Source: Eledone cirrhosa (lineage: Eukaryota). Taken from it: a DNA stretch of 64,000 nucleotides. A model generated the notes under the pieces. That model was not told where the DNA came from. It was given only the letters and a program-made list of their open reading frames with translations, and made no database searches. The stretch is from assembly GCA_964016885.1 (NCBI GenBank), contig OZ024742.1, positions 353,710,001 to 353,774,000 of the forward strand, in the 5' to 3' direction. The position numbers were made by a program, and so were the translations under genes. Positions 37,607-52,541 of this stretch are shown here, in pieces. Within the stretch, counting starts at the first letter, position 1. Every line of letters begins with the position of its first letter.

Positions 37607-40600
37607 GCGGCCTAGGTAGTAAATCGTATTATCGTGAGCTCCGCAAAGGTTTGTTATTTTCAGTTGATTAAAATTGCCATTTATGGAAAATGTTTATTGT
37701 TAACTGTATATAAGTGCACATACATTGTTTTCTGAAAAGGACATTCAAAAAAGATTGGGGCCTTGTGCCCAAAATTTAAACTTTTATAATTATCAAAAGA
37801 TTTCTTTGAAAACATCATGGCTGACTCACAGCTGCAACAAGCGGCCGGGAGCCTTTCTCACAAACTATCACCTCACACCGACAACACCATTGTAAATATT
37901 ACTACGTTAGCCAACACTAAAAATATATGCAGAAGCAATATTTTAAATTTGTCTCAGGTAGACATTCATTTCCCGCCATTACCAATGACTGCAGGTGTTA
38001 ATGCCATCACACCCACCACCACCACCACCACAGCGACAACAGAAACAAAAGAAAAAAAATTAACTCGTGATATCGAAATTAATTCAACCAAAATGAACTC
38101 ATCCACACCAAACACCACTGACGCAACCACCACCACAACTGAAACTAAAATTAGTAATAACAAAAATAACGATAACAACAACATTAACAATGAAATTAAG
38201 AAAACTACCATGAGTTTTGCGAGAGTAGCAAAAACGTGCAAAGCGATTCGTGTAACACAGGAGGAATTAGAAGAAGCCAAAAGAATGGTAAAGAAAGATG
38301 GGTACAGGGTCAGCCTTACCCCCACCCCCACAACTAATAAATGGAGCATCGTCGCCTATGCACCGTGTCTTATCGGACAATTAACGTAAAATCGCGCCGA
38401 GTAGAACGGGCATCCGAGTCCCAAATCCAAAAAGCTTTGGGACATCTGTGGGCGAGAAAAAACCACATCAGACTTGGGCAGAAATATGGAACCGTGGACG
38501 TGTTCTTTGAAACACCACAGGAGGCCAGAGAACACTACATGGCCCAATTAAGAAGTGACGACTTCAAACTCGTCCCAAGCTATTGTGGCCAGAGACTCTT
38601 GAAGATCAGGGTGACCCACGTTCCACGGGCCATCGAAATTCCCTGGCTAATGGCTGCCGTCCTCGCCGGCATCGAGGCCAAAACCATGATAATCGAAATA
38701 GCGAAAGATAAGCAGGAGAACTGGTCCGGATCTGGGATGGAACTCCTGATCCAAGCGGACCATAAAAGCATTGAGGAGATCCCAGAATGTAATAGACCTC
38801 ACTGACGGCAGCCACCTCACCGTAATCGTCGAGGGCAGAAGGCCTAGGTGTGTCATTTGTGGTGAAGGAACCTACCTAAATTGTTCTGCCCTCAGGCTAA
38901 AAGGTTGAGGCCACCTCTCTTATCTACCCCAGTGACTCAACCATCAATACCACCAGCAGCAGAGATGGCAGCAACAACTGTAGCAGCAACAGCAGAAGCA
39001 ATTGTAATGGCAACGACCGCAGCAACAGTAGCAAAACATACACCACCACCACCCAACGCGCCAGAACTAGCACCAGCGCCTACACCATCCACCACGCCAC
39101 AACCAAAACCAACGGCTGTGGAGGATATTCCACTACCCGGCTTATCGCAACTGGAGACAGATTGTGACGACGAGGAGTGGGAAACGGTATTAGGGAAAAA
39201 GAAAAAAAAGAAACCCCAAAAAAGAAAACATTCTCTTCCTTCCCCCTCCAAAAATAACATACAGAGGGAAACAAATAAACTATCAAACAAAAAAGTAAGG
39301 ACATATATTCCACCATCCACACCAGCATCTCCAACGCCATCACCACAAACACCAACACCATCACCATCATTAACCCCAACACCACCATCACCAACAACAC
39401 AAAAGTCACCAAAAAGCGAAACAGAAACAAACCCACAACAAACGCAAACAAAACAATACAACCAAAACGATACACACTACACATCATTAAATTTGAACAA
39501 CAACAAATTATTACACTACATCCAACACAACACCAGCATCACAGAAAGAGACTACAAAACAACCCAAAAGTTCACACCACCTCCACACATACAAATCACT
39601 CGCATCACACAGAAAATGTACACGACACTAAAACAAAAATTCCCCAAATACATCGGAGACTTCCGACAAACACTCTCAAGGAGGATTCATAAGGACATCC
39701 TTCCGGAGGAGGCCACATCAGTGAAAAGGATGGAGAAACCATCCTCAATCTACGAGAAGTAAGGTAAATGGTCTTTCCCATCTTTTCCACTCCATTTGAA
39801 CATGACCTCACTCAGAATAGGCAGCATAAATGCGCGTGGCTTGGGGTCGTCATGGAGACAGAGCCACCTGGTCAACGACCTCAGGTCGCTAAACATATAT
39901 GTAATGGCCATCGGCGAGACCAGAAGCTCCGAAGCACGGGCCTTCGCACCGATCTTCGGCGGCTACGATGTGTGCGCATCTCCCGGCAGTCCGGGATCGG
40001 GGTGTGGAGTTGATCTGCTTTTTCGGACAGGTTTGGATACGCCATACGGGCCATCTTCCTGGACCCAGAATGTAAGTTGTTGGTGCTAGACGTGACCAGC
40101 GGAGACGAGCAAACTTTCAGGCTAGTGTCCGTCTATGCTCCGATAGGAGCAGGGCGGCCTGATTTCTTCCGGCTTCTGGAAACCTTTCTTGGAAGGTCCC
40201 GCTCTTTAATGTTAGTAGGCGACTGGAACGGGATCTTAGATGCACGCTGGGACTGTGTGGGATTAGCGGATAAGGGAGGAGGGTGCAAGAGCCTCACCAA
40301 CATGCTCAGGCCTTTTGAACTGTCTGACAGGTACCGATTGGATTTCCCGAATGTGCCAATGTGGACTTGGACAAATCGCATAGGGTCAACCAGATCATAT
40401 CTAGATAGAGTATTTTGTAGGGAAATAGATAGGTCTAGCATAGGCTGTCCACAATTCAAGATAGTCAGCTACACGGGTCACAAATTCGTGATCTGTGTGC
40501 TTGAATTAGATAGGCTTCATAGACGATGACCCGGCTACTGGAAGCTAAACGCGTCCTTATCAGCGCGCAAGGCCTACAGAGACCGGATTAGCGAACTAGT

Positions 40601-43449
40601 TAAGCGGTCGTTGACGGGGGCCATCGTCAATAACAATTGGTGGTTTGCTCTGAAAAGAGCAATTAGAATAGTGTCTATTAGGTTTAATAAGGCTATAGCA
40701 ATAGAGAAAAATAGAGCAGAGGGAGAATTAGTTACAAAATTAGACGAGGCGCTTAGCAAAGGCATCGCGACCGACGTAATTGCGGCGAAATTGGCCCTTG
40801 ACCAATTCTTCAATGCAAAGCACAAAGGCTGCGTTGTTAGGTGCTCTCAGACACGAGGGGACGAAAGCCGTTCAATGGGCCCGAGTGGCGGAGGCGCGTC
40901 GTGGCAACAAAGCCACGATCCGGTCTTTGATGGACCACGTCGTTAGCAGGCTACTCGATCCCGGGCAAATGTGTGAAACTTTTCAGCGACATTTCGCACA
41001 GCTGTACGGGGGCAGGGCGGGCCGGATCGAGGGATGGACTTTAGTGTCTACCTCGACAGACTGCCGCGGCTCTCGGCCACTGAGGCGGAGTGTTGCGAAA
41101 AGCCGATAACAACCGCTGAAGTACGGGAGGCAATGACTGGCTGCACAAGGGGTAAATCGCCTGCTTTGGATGGTCTGAACTTTACGTACAGATGCCAGAC
41201 CTATTCTGAGGCCTCTTGGCGGACGTCTACTGCAACTGGCAACAGAACGGCAGAATTCCCAGCTCTGTGAGCCGAGGAGCTGTGGTGCTGCTGAGAAAGG
41301 ATCCGAAGAAGGGGGATAACATAGATAATGTTAGGCCCATAACTCTGCTAAACACAGAGTTCAAGATTTTGGCCAATGTGCTAACAAAGAGCTTGGCGCT
41401 TATCGTTGGTGGTCTGGTGGGAGAGGAGCAGACATGTACCATTCCCGACAGATCCATGCACGACAACCTCCACCTCATGCGATACATCGTCGAGAGGGTA
41501 GCTAGGGAACCTGGTACGGGTGGGTCCTTGATCAATTCAGATCAGTCGAAAGCTTTCGATAAGGTCGACCATCGTTACCTTGCGGCAATCCTGAGGGCGG
41601 CTGGCTTTGGTCCCGTTTTCAGAGGCTGGATCGCTGCCATACACAGTGACATCTGCTCTGTGGTGAGAGTGAACGGTCACCTTTCGGAACCGTTCAACAT
41701 CATGCGCTCAGTCCGGCAAGGTTATCCCCTCTCATCCCTCTTGTACGCATTGACTCTCGAGCCATTATTGCACAAACTGGAGACGTGGAGGGGGGTCCCG
41801 CGCGGACTAGGATGCGGATGATCCGTGTCAGCATATGCGGACGATGTCACCGTAATGGTGTCGAACACCAAACACATCGAGGCGATCGGCACTACACTAA
41901 GAAAATACGAAGCGGTGACAGGAGTAATGATCAACGTGGAAAAGTCAGTCGGCCTGCAGCTTGGCACCAGGAGAGGCAGGTCCATGCGGTCCAACAGCGT
42001 CTTTGGGCGTTAGACGGACGGTCCGGTTAAATTGCTCGGGGTCTGTTTCGGTCCGGATCTCCAGACGGACAAAAACTGGGACGCGTTGACGAGCAGGGTG
42101 GCTTCTCTCACCTAGAAATGGGCGGAGAGGAAGCTATCCCTGAAAGGTCGAGCTGAGGTGGCTAACGCGTACATCGCGTCCGTAATCTACTACCTCCTGA
42201 CCGTCGTACCCTCTCTTAAGCCCCGCCTGACTGCGCTGGAGCGTTTGCTCTTTCGCTTTTTGTGGAAGGGACGCGCTCTGATGGTCAGGCGGTCCATCTG
42301 CTGTCAACACACGCTACGTGGAGGGCTGGGGGTGCCGTGGCTGAAGATGCACAGACACGATCTCAGTCTACGACATCTCCACCTCTTCCTTGACGGTGAT
42401 CAGGTGTGGTCGTCGTTTGCTAGACGCGTCTTTCCCCAGCTCGTCTCCTTAACGGGGTTGCAGTCCTGGGACAAGCGAAGACCGAGTGGGAAAGCTTGGA
42501 GATTGGAATGTCTTCAGGCGCTCACAACCCTCAACCAATCCGGCATTGTGATCGTGGAAAATCCACCTTGGGGTTCTATAGAGGATTAGTGGAGGGGAGA
42601 GCGACGACGTACTTGGGGAAACTCTAGGCCTCGACGAAAATCAACTAGCCAATCTCTTCGGAAGAACTTTCGGGCCGGGGCCTATGAGCAACTTCCAGAA
42701 AAACCTGGCCTGGCAGTGCTACCGAGGAGCTTTGCCAGTTCGGGATAAACTCTACAGGCATGGAGGTGCCGTCAACCGGGCATGTCTGAGATGCAAGCAG
42801 AGCGACGAAACCGTCCTGCACGCACTCGTCCCGTGTCCGAGCATTGCTGACTTTTGGGTTTATGTCGAACACCTACTTTCTCGTGTAGGACGGATCCAGC
42901 TATCAGCTGAGTCCATCGTGAGAATTGCCCCGCCTTCTTCCGTTAGCCGGGAAGGGCAGGCAACTGTTATCTGTCTGGTGGCCATGGCGAAAGAAATAGT
43001 ATGGTGGACACGTTTGAAATGGATGAAGACGAGCATTTACCTCTTCGGTGATGCCCTGATTAACTTTTTCAAATTTCTTTTGAAAAGGAAAATCAGGGTA
43101 GAGTGGGAAGTGCTCTCTTCCCAGCATTTTGTTGAAAGATGGGTGAGAGAGGCAACAATGGCCCGAGTGAATGGGCCTACTCTGAGTATGTGTCTCTAAA
43201 TTAAATATGAAAACTGGGAGAGGGCACTTGCCCTGGAGGTCAGGGTCACTGTGGCTTTTTAATGGGCTTTCTCCACGAATATACCTCGGAAGTCTTCCCC
43301 TTTTGGGAATTCTTCATTGTTATTTTTTTTGTTACATCCACTGTTTTTTTTTTTTTACACGCAGAAATGCCCATTTGTACCGTCCTGTATTGTCCTGTAC
43401 TGTCCTTAAAGTCTACTTTATGTAAACCCTTGTGGTTAATAAAGAAAGC
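37607..43449 (+). mobile_element. L1/Tx1-like LINE no. 1, full length, decayed
   Basis: ORF1 about 37817-39762 (frameshifted, degenerate Zn knuckle CVIC). ORF2 about 39800-43199: APE (IGSINARGL, ETR, VYAP, GDWN, RSYLDR), RT (RPITLLN, DQSKAFD, VRQG, YADD), CLRC..ETVLHALVPC. AATAAA and ATT tail. Confidence 0.9.
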
Positions 43450-43467
43450 ATTATTATCATTATTATT

Positions 43468-46400
43468 GTGTCTGAACGGACGTCTTTTTGCTCGCTCCCG
43501 TAAGTTCACTTATTTACCCATTAAAACTGATTTTTTTAATTTGTGTTGTTGCTTGCGGTGTTTGCCCTGTAGAAGGGGAAAGAATAATATTTGGGCTTTT
43601 GGGCCCATATATTTGCACTTGTTTTACACTTTAAAATAATTTACGAAGGAGAAAAAACAAAAGAAACATGGCTGAGCCCCCCCCCCCCCCCTCCGATATG
43701 TCGGCTGTCGCGCGACAACGACGTAGGATTTGAGAGGATCGCTACAGCGATATTAACACACATTAATAACACAAACAGCACCACAAACAATGTAAACAAA
43801 GACACCATTGATACCAATGAGAACACTAATTTTGAAAAAAATGACAGTAACAGCGACAACGAAAATACAGATAACAAAAAAAAATGACAAATGCAACAAC
43901 AATATCAACACCACTAATCTGAAAACAAATAACGACAACACCAACAATACCAACTGCACCGAGAACAACGGTCGCAACAAAGACAACAAAGATAACAACG
44001 ACAATGTTAACAACAACACCTACAAGAACAACGACAACGACAACAACAACCCCAATGGAAACAAGAAAACACTTTCGCTGCGGCTGCAGCAAAAAAGGGG
44101 CCATGCTTCAACATGGATTTCTCAAACAAAGATGACAAGTTGGCCCAGGCATGGAAGCTCATCAAGCAAGAGCAAACCTGGGCCAACTTAACTGTCCCGG
44201 TAGAAGCTATTGAGGCAGTGGAGCGCAGAACGGTGCATTATAGATGCATCTCAGCACAAACCAAAAGGGCAGCTTTAATCCCACAAGCAGATGTCGAAGT
44301 CGCGCTGAGGTGCATCAGAGAAGACTCCGAAAACATAGAGAGGGGCAGACAGTACGGCACCAATTCGGTGTTGTTCAGGTCAGAAGCCCTCGCTATGAAA
44401 CACGCTATGACTCCTTGCAAAACCAGCAGTGTCATAATGTACCCCTCCCACACGGGAAAAACAACGGCCCGTCTCCGCATTCCCAGAATCCAACCAGAAC
44501 TTGATATGTGGTGGCTTCTGGGCTGTGTGATTGTGGAGGGGACGGATGCCGTCCCTATAGAAGTGCCAAGAACGGCCAGAGAGGACTGGCCCGGGGTTGA
44601 CCTGGAGAGCCTTCTCCAGATCAGACCCGAGAAAGTGAAGACAATCCCGGACCACATCCGCCTTCAGAATGGGACGGTCATTGACATTATGACCGAAGGC
44701 AAAAGGCTGCAGTGTTTTGTTTGTGGCAAAAAAAAACATTTGCGAGCCTTCTACACTCAACTGCTGAAAGAGGCAAGGGGTCTAGAGGCTGCACCGCTGC
44801 CGACGCCGGGGTGAGGACCACAACCAACACAAGCACCGGCAAAACCAACAAAAACAACACCAATAGAAATACCACCACCAACATTGACCACCCAGGGGGG
44901 AAACGAGGAAAGCTGTCAAATTCCCTCTGCCCCCAAAATACACAAACCAATAAAACCATAAACATACATACAGACACACTTACAGACCCATACCCCTCAT
45001 CTACCAGTAGTGAAGATGAGGGAAAACCCAAATCCCCCAAATACAAAAAGAAACACAAAAATAAAAAAATAAAAACTCAACAAAGCACAAAATCACCCAC
45101 AATAAAATACGCAGACACCACCCACGCAAACATCTCTCCAATAACACCAACATCAACACCACCATCACGATCACCAGAATCCCCCAAACGCAAACAACCT
45201 AAACAGACGCAAGAACAAATACACACACAAACATCTGAAATCACAGACACCGCACTCACAACAAACACAGATACAACTGAAACAACACCACCAAAACCAT
45301 CACCACCACAGCCACGTAAACAAATAAAATAACACCAACAAAACATACAAATCTTCGTGCTCGTCAGGAGGGCCAACAAAGAACTGATGGCCCTCGTAGC
45401 ACGAAGTGAAAATATACAAAAAGAGGGAGACATTTTTAAATCGAGCTCATTTCGTGTGCTTTGGTTCTGGTGCGAATGTCGCTCGATATATTCAAAGAAA
45501 TACGAGACAGCTTTCCTCGGGACGTAGGAACCTGGAACGTAAAACACACTTCAAGACTTTTAAAGGGGTTTCCAAAAGAAACCCCACCAACTATGGAGGT
45601 CGAACAATCCGACCTTCACAAGAGCCCGGAAGGTAAGTAAACCTTCCTCTCTCTCTTTTTAACCTGCTAACTTGGCCGTATTAAGAGTAGGATGTTTAAA
45701 TGTTCGAGGCCTGGGATCGTCCTGGAAGCATGGTCACTTGTTCAACAACCCCAGGTCTATAGAAATGGATGTAATTGCCGTCAGCGATACCAAGATTTCC
45801 GACACGCGCGCACTAGCCTCCATTTTCGACGACTGTCAGATCTTTGCATCTGTTAGCCGGCCTGGAATGGGAGGCCGGGTGGCAGTGCTGTTTAGGAAAG
45901 GCCTAGATCTCGAGGTAAGGTCGATCTTCCGGGATCCGGACGGGAAGTTTGTGGTCCTGGACGTGAACAATAACGAAGGTGGTGCCTTTAGACTGGTGGC
46001 CGTCTATGCTCCAACTGGGGAAGGACGGCCGGACTTCTTTAGACGCCTGGAAGCCTTTCTGGGCATGTCTCGCCCTTTACTGTTAGCGGGGTACTGGAAC
46101 GGCATCTTAGACGCACGCTGGAACTGTGTGGGAGTATCCGATAGGTGCAAGGGGTGAAAAAGCCTCAAGAACCTGATCAGCCAGTTCCAACTGTCTGACA
46201 GGGACCGACTAGATTTCCCTTATGCGCCAGTGTGGACTTGGGCTAACCACATAGGATCATCTAGATCGTATATAGACAGGATATTCATTAGGAAAATAGA
46301 CAGAAATAGTGTAAGCTGTCCACGTTTTGAAACGGTCGCCTATTCAGATCAGAAGTTTGTGATCTGTATGGTCGACCTAGATAAGATGCGTAGGTTAGGA

Positions 46401-49391
46401 CTTGGTAACTGGAAGCTAAACATGTCATTTCCGGCACGTAATGCTTACAGGGACCAGGTCAAAAATTTAATTAAGAAAAGGTCGACAGGGGGAGTCAACA
46501 ATAGATGGTGGGGGGCTTCTCAAAAGAGAGATTAGAGTAATGTCGATAGAGTTTAGCAATGAAGTAGCGTTAGAGATTGATAGAAAGGAGAGGGAGTTGG
46601 TAGATAAGTTTGACGAGGCTATTGGTAGTGGCATGGCAACTTCGGTGCTAGAGGCAGTAATGCCATTAGACAAATTCTTCAATTCGAAACACGAAGGTTG
46701 CATTGTCAGAGCTAAGGCGCGTGCTATGAGAAACGGGGGAACCAAAGCTGTTCGATGGACCCGCGTAGAAGCGGCACGGCGTGGTAATAAAACCACGAAT
46801 CGGTCTTTGGCGGACCGAGACGGGTACGAGCTGAGCGATTCCAAGAGGATGTGAGAGGCCTTTCGCCAGCTTTTGCTCAGTTGTTCGGGGGAAGTGGCGG
46901 GTCAGATATGGTGGCGGACTTAAGTCCCTACCTCGATGGCTTGCCGCAACTCTCGACGGCTGACGCTGGGCGTTGTGAAAGGCCAATTACTTAAGCCGAG
47001 ATTCAGGATGCCCTTGTCGGCTGCATGAGGCGCAAGTCACCCGGTTTTGATGGTCTGCCCTACGAGCTTTACGTAAATATGCCAGACATGTTCTCCAATC
47101 TCCTCGAAGCCCTCTACTGCAACTGGCAGCAAAACGGGAGTATTCCCAGTTCTGTGAGCCGGGGCGTAGTTACGCTGATAAGGAAAGACGAGAACAAGAG
47201 GGACACATTAGACAAGTTCAGGCCCATAACTCTGCTCAACACAGAGTTTAAGATTTTGGCCAGGATGTTAGCGAAGAGGTTGGCGCTTGTCGTCGGGGAT
47301 TGGGTTGGGGAGTCGCAAACTTGCAAAATCCCAACCAGGTCCATAGACGACAACCTCCAGCTAATGCGATACATCATAGAGAGGGTAGAGTGTAAACCTG
47401 GCTTCGGTGGGACTCTGATCAATAGAGATCAATCGAAAGCATTCGATAGGGTCGACCATCGGTACCTGGAGGCTGTCCTCAAGGCGGCTGGCTTCGACCC
47501 CGTCTTCAGAAGCTGGATCGCTGCAATGCACAGCGGCACCTGCACGATGGTCGAAATTAATGGCCACCTCTCGGTACCGTTTCAGGTCTCCCTATCGGTT
47601 CGTCAAGGGTGCCTTCTCTCTTCCCTTCTGTACGGATTGAATCTTGAGCATTTACTGCGGAAGCTGGAGCTGTTGCAGGGCATCCCGCTGGAACCGGGAC
47701 GCGGAAAGGCTGTGTCGGCCTATGCGGACGACATCACTCTGATGGTGTCGGATTCCTCAGAAATCGAGGTGGTCGGCAACTTATTGGAGGAATATGAAAG
47801 GTTGACGGGAGCAAAGCTTATCACGGAAAAGTCGGTGAGCTTGCAACTCGGCACCTGAAGAGGCAAGACCATGCCGACCAACAGCGCCGTCAGGCGCTGG
47901 ACGGACGGACCGGTAGAGTTGCTAGGGGTTTGGTTCGGGCCAGACCTCCAGGTGGATATGGATTGGGACGAGTTGACGGGCAGGTTAGCCAGTCTCACCC
48001 AGAAATGTGCTGGGATGAAGCTATCACCGAAAGGTTAGGCGGAGGTGGCGAACGCGTACATCGCGTCCCTCATCTACTACCGTCTGACCGTCGTCCCTTG
48101 ACCCCGTTCACGCCTCGCCATCTTGGAGTGGTCCCCTTCAAATTCTTGTGGAGGGTCAGATTCCGCTGGTGATGCGGTCCATCTGCTGCCAGCCCTCTCT
48201 ACGTGGATTGCTGGGCATGCCGTGGCTAATGATGCGCAGGAACGCGCTGAGGCTGCGGCATCTCCAGATATTCTGCCTAAACGGTGAACAGGTGTGGTCG
48301 CCGTTTGTCAGAGTGGCCTTTCCGCAGCACGTTTATTTGACTGAGCAGCAATCCTGGGTCGAGAAGACTGGGTCAAGAAGACTGGGTCAAGAAGACTGGG
48401 TCAAGAATCCTGGGTCAAGAAGACTGGGTGACTGGTATCTGGAATGTTGCCAGGCACCCACTGACCTCTACCAGGCGGGCAATGCGGTAAGTGGAACTTC
48501 TACTCTCGAGGTCTATAGAGGATTGGTGGAGATGCTCTGGGAATCGTCGAATTCGACCATACCAGTCTGTTCCGGAGGAATTTAGAGCCGGTGACGATGG
48601 ATAATTTCCAAAAATCCTTCGCGTGGTAGTGCTACCGGGGGGGCACTGCCGGTTCGAGATGAACTCTACAGGCACGGAAGTGCTGTCAGACGCACCTGTC
48701 CGAGATGCACGCAGAGCGACGAAACCGTTCTCAACGCACTCGTCCAGTGTCCGTGCATTACTGACTTGTGGAGTTATGTTGAACAGCTGTTGTCGCATGT
48801 AGAACGGATCCGGCTATCGGCCGAGTCCATAGTGAAGATCGACCCGCCGCCTTCATTTAGACAGGAAGGGCAGGCAATTTTCCTCTGTCTGGTGGCAGTA
48901 GCGAAAGAGGTTGTATGGTGGACGAGGTTGAAAGGACTGAAGACAGACACTTTTCACTTCGGCCAATCCCTCATCAACTTTTTCAAGTTTCACTTGGAAA
49001 AGAAGGTGAGGGTGGAGAGAGAAGTGCTGCCCCCAGTACATTTGCTGAAAGGTGGGTGAACGTGGCGAGAATTGCCCGTGTGAGTGGGCCTACTCTGGTC
49101 ATGCGGCTGTAGGTAGGCAAATTTGAAGAGGAGAGGGGGTGCCCTCCCAAGGTGCTCTCGAAGCGTTGGGTCGTTCAGGACTGGTGGGGAACCTGAGCCA
49201 ACCCTAGGTGGTCTTCCCCCCTATTGGGGAATGTTTTCTTGTTGTCATTTTCTTGTTACTTTATTGTTACTTTGTTATTGTTACTTTGTTTATTCATATT
49301 GTTTACTCGATTTTTCTGTAAAACCCCACTGTCCCAGTCTTTTGTATTGTCCCCTATATGTCGGCCCTTGTCGCCAATAAATGAAATCATT
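43468..49391 (+). mobile_element. L1/Tx1-like LINE no. 2, full length, decayed
   Basis: ORF1 about 43668-45636 (CFVCGKKKH). ORF2 about 45672-49112 (LNVRGL, VYAP, KSPGFDG, DQSKAFD, VRQG, YADD). AATAAA at 49376. Confidence 0.9.
48354..48429. repeat. 14-bp tandem repeat inside Tx1 ORF2
   Basis: CTGGGTCAAGAAGA unit at 48354, 48368, 48382, 48396, 48410 and 48424. Confidence 0.9.
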
Positions 49392-49575
49392 GGATTGGCA
49401 GTATCAGTAGAGGGTCGGACGCCATGCTTTCCAGCATAGTTACGTCCCTTTACGATCTGAGTTCAAATCCCGCCGAGGTTGACTTTGCCTTTCATCCTTA
49501 CGGGGTCGATAAAATAAAGTACCAGTAATGCACTGGGTAATTGCTGGCCTTGTGCCTAAAGTAGAAACACTTATT
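49392..49575 (+). mobile_element. SINE family S1 followed by (AGT)n (49576-49687)
   Basis: Well-preserved S1 directly after the Tx1 3' end. Confidence 0.9.
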
Positions 49576-51159
49576 AGTAGTAGCAGTAGTAGTGGTAGTT
49601 GCAGTAGTGGTAGTAGTAGTAGTGGTAGTAGTAGTAGTGGTAGTAGTAGTAGTAGTAGTGGTAGTAGTAGTAGTAGTAGTAGTAGTAATATTGTTCTCCT
49701 CTATTTACGTTTATAAATACGCTCCAATAGATATTACTCTCTATGCCAGACTCCAACGTTCAGTTAAGTATATATATTCTTTGGAAGCAGTTTCTCAGCG
49801 TCTGTTATCACATGATAAGTGTTCGAATTAACTGTATTAAACGAGAACCTTTAGTTTCTGTTTTATTGTTTATCTTAATGATATAAGTATTTGTTTTCAT
49901 TTGCAAGTATTCAAATTACATGCAATATTTATCATTATAGGCCAAGAAGATGGTAAAACTTCTCAAATGTATATGCTTAATATATTCCGTTTTTCTGTTG
50001 GTGGTTTGGATTGCAATTAAACCGGAATTAAATTTGTAAAAAGGGTGTTTTATTCAAAGATTTTATACAATGATTAAAGGATTTGAAAATAACGAATCAT
50101 GGTTTTTATTTTATGGTTTTTATTTTATATTCTTCATGCATTATGTTCAGTTTCTTGTGAAAGTTTGTAAGAGATTATCTTTCATCCATTGGGTGTGGAG
50201 ATTCAGAAGAATAGATAGGAAGAAAAATAAAATATATATCAATAACTATAGAAATTTTGTAAAACAGTTTCTTTATGAAACAGTACGAACACGGAATAAA
50301 TCATGTAAACTGTTGTCTTTTCCTCCATATTTTAGATTTAAATATATCCGTGGATTACTTTGCATTAATATATTTGTATGCAATACAATACCTATCAATA
50401 GTATGCTGTTGATTAATAGCATCTCATCCAGGAAGGGTAATGTGTAGACGTAATTCTGCATGAGAAGAATACGTCTCAGATTTTAAATATCTATTAGGAA
50501 GAAGTGGATTTCCGTGACATTCTAATTCGATGTCACCATGGATTGCATTTGAAGCTCAAATATTATAACAAAACAGAAACGTTGTAATATTTCAACACGT
50601 AGATGTGAAATACTTTCTCAGGCAAACATATAAACCAACTATAGATATGCATCTATTCTAGAGCAAAACATTATACATATATTAAGTTTATACATAATAG
50701 GCAGATGTTCATTTTGTCTCTAGAATGTGTCTCTAGAATTTAGTAGGCTAGCATATCATTTAAAAATTGTTTTAATCCGCTGGAGATGAAACCATATATT
50801 AGAAAGACAATTCATACAGGCTGACTTCGTCATATGTAATTTAATATACATATGTAAAACGACATATAGATATTCTGTTGTATGAGTAAATCAAACATTG
50901 ATCCACCTCTTTAATCTCATCAACAAGTGTCATAGATAATATAAATAATGTCATCTTAATCTTAACTGGTAAAATAAGAATGTAATTGCTTGCTGTACTA
51001 TACCGTAGTGGCCAATTCTAACGTGTTAATTAAAGTATTCGAATTACAACAAACTAGAGAGGAACTACAGTCAAGTTATTCATGAAAAGGATCACAGTTC
51101 ACACAATTACGTGGGACTGATTGCTGGAATTACCTTTGTAGAATTATGCTTTGTGGATT

Positions 51160-51600
51160 GAATCAGGCTTGGACCAACACCGCCACACCTTCCTCCGCTC
51201 TGCTTCTCAGCCCAATTCGGTGCGCGGCTGAATTCAGTGCCCTCCTCATCAGCCGATACTCTTCTTGATGACGATTACAATCGCACCGAAGTAGCCCAAT
51301 GCCTCGGCCTCCTGGTGAGTAAGCCACTTAAATGCAGTTGCAGGGCAGTTGTTGACAAGTTCATCCTGCGCACACTGTATTGCCGCCAGAGCGCAGGCCG
51401 GTACCTACAACATTCCGCTTTCAATGTCATATTGAGAAGGATCCTGGACGCAGCCGACTTCTTATCACAACTAGGGCCAGCAGGTCTTGTCTGCGAAGAT
51501 GGAAAGCGTCCCGTTAGAATCACCTTCTTCCCATTCGAAGGAAATAGATCCCTCATCAAGGACATCACATTTTGTGAGACGTACTCCGCATCCCACTCAA
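51160..51600 (+). mobile_element. CRE-like non-LTR retrotransposon fragment (knuckle plus RLE), decayed
   Basis: GARLNSVPSSSADTLLDD..CSC..C..SAGR..HSAFN..DGKRP..DITFCETYSASH matches the CRE-type C-terminal pattern. Confidence 0.7.
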
Positions 51601-52541
51601 TCACCCCCCCCCCCCTCTCCATTATTCTATGGCACTATACGTGCCTCCATTTTCCGTTGTTATTCTTGTTTTCTGTTTCTTTTAAACTCTATTTACATGA
51701 TATATTTGTCAGATAAAATAAATCATTATATTAATGATAAGTATATTATTAATGTATGGATAAACGTGTGGTAGACATACGAAAAAAGATTTACACATAT
51801 GATAATCATGTGAGAGATACTATCCTACGAGGCAACTGTGAAATAATTAGGTTTAACAGATAAGGGACCGATGATTCTCTACACAATTCTCAAGTTCGAC
51901 ATGTAAAGTGCCACATTTCAGTTTGAAGAGATTCAATGCTATACATATATTATTTGTTTATACATGTTGAATGTATATGTAAGATACAAGAATAGTTATG
52001 AGAATAGAAGCCTAATGAACATATCAGGGATGTTTTGCTTTCTGGGGTGAGAAGTAGCCATAAATACCATGAATATTCTTCAAATATGTAAACCTGCCAA
52101 CATATTCAATACTGACCATACACTCTCATACATCATAAATGTTATATTTAGATTATGTTCACTGACTTATATTTAAATCATTGAGAATTTTGTTGAAACG
52201 CGTTGGAGTTGTTATTTGTCTTGTACATTAGCGGTTAGTTAATATGTTCGTTAAACAACATATTGTGGAATAAGATACACATATATGTATCATCTTTCAG
52301 ACAATTATATTCTCTTATAGAGAATACTGTGTATGGACATGTCTTCATGTTTCATGTTAATTAATCTCCATTATTCTGTACATGTGTTTCTGTTTATAAT
52401 AAAGATATCATTTAGGTTCAATTTTGGAACACTACGTTTATATTAGTTTTCATTAAAAGAAAACGATCACAGCATTTTTCCTGTTTTCGTAGGAATGAGT
52501 TTTATTCCTCCATCACAATTATCGTATATGTTAACTGAGGT

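Noticed and set aside
33490-48798. Many antisense ORFs overlapping LINE coding regions
   Set aside because: Shadow frames of retrotransposon ORFs and low-complexity sequence.
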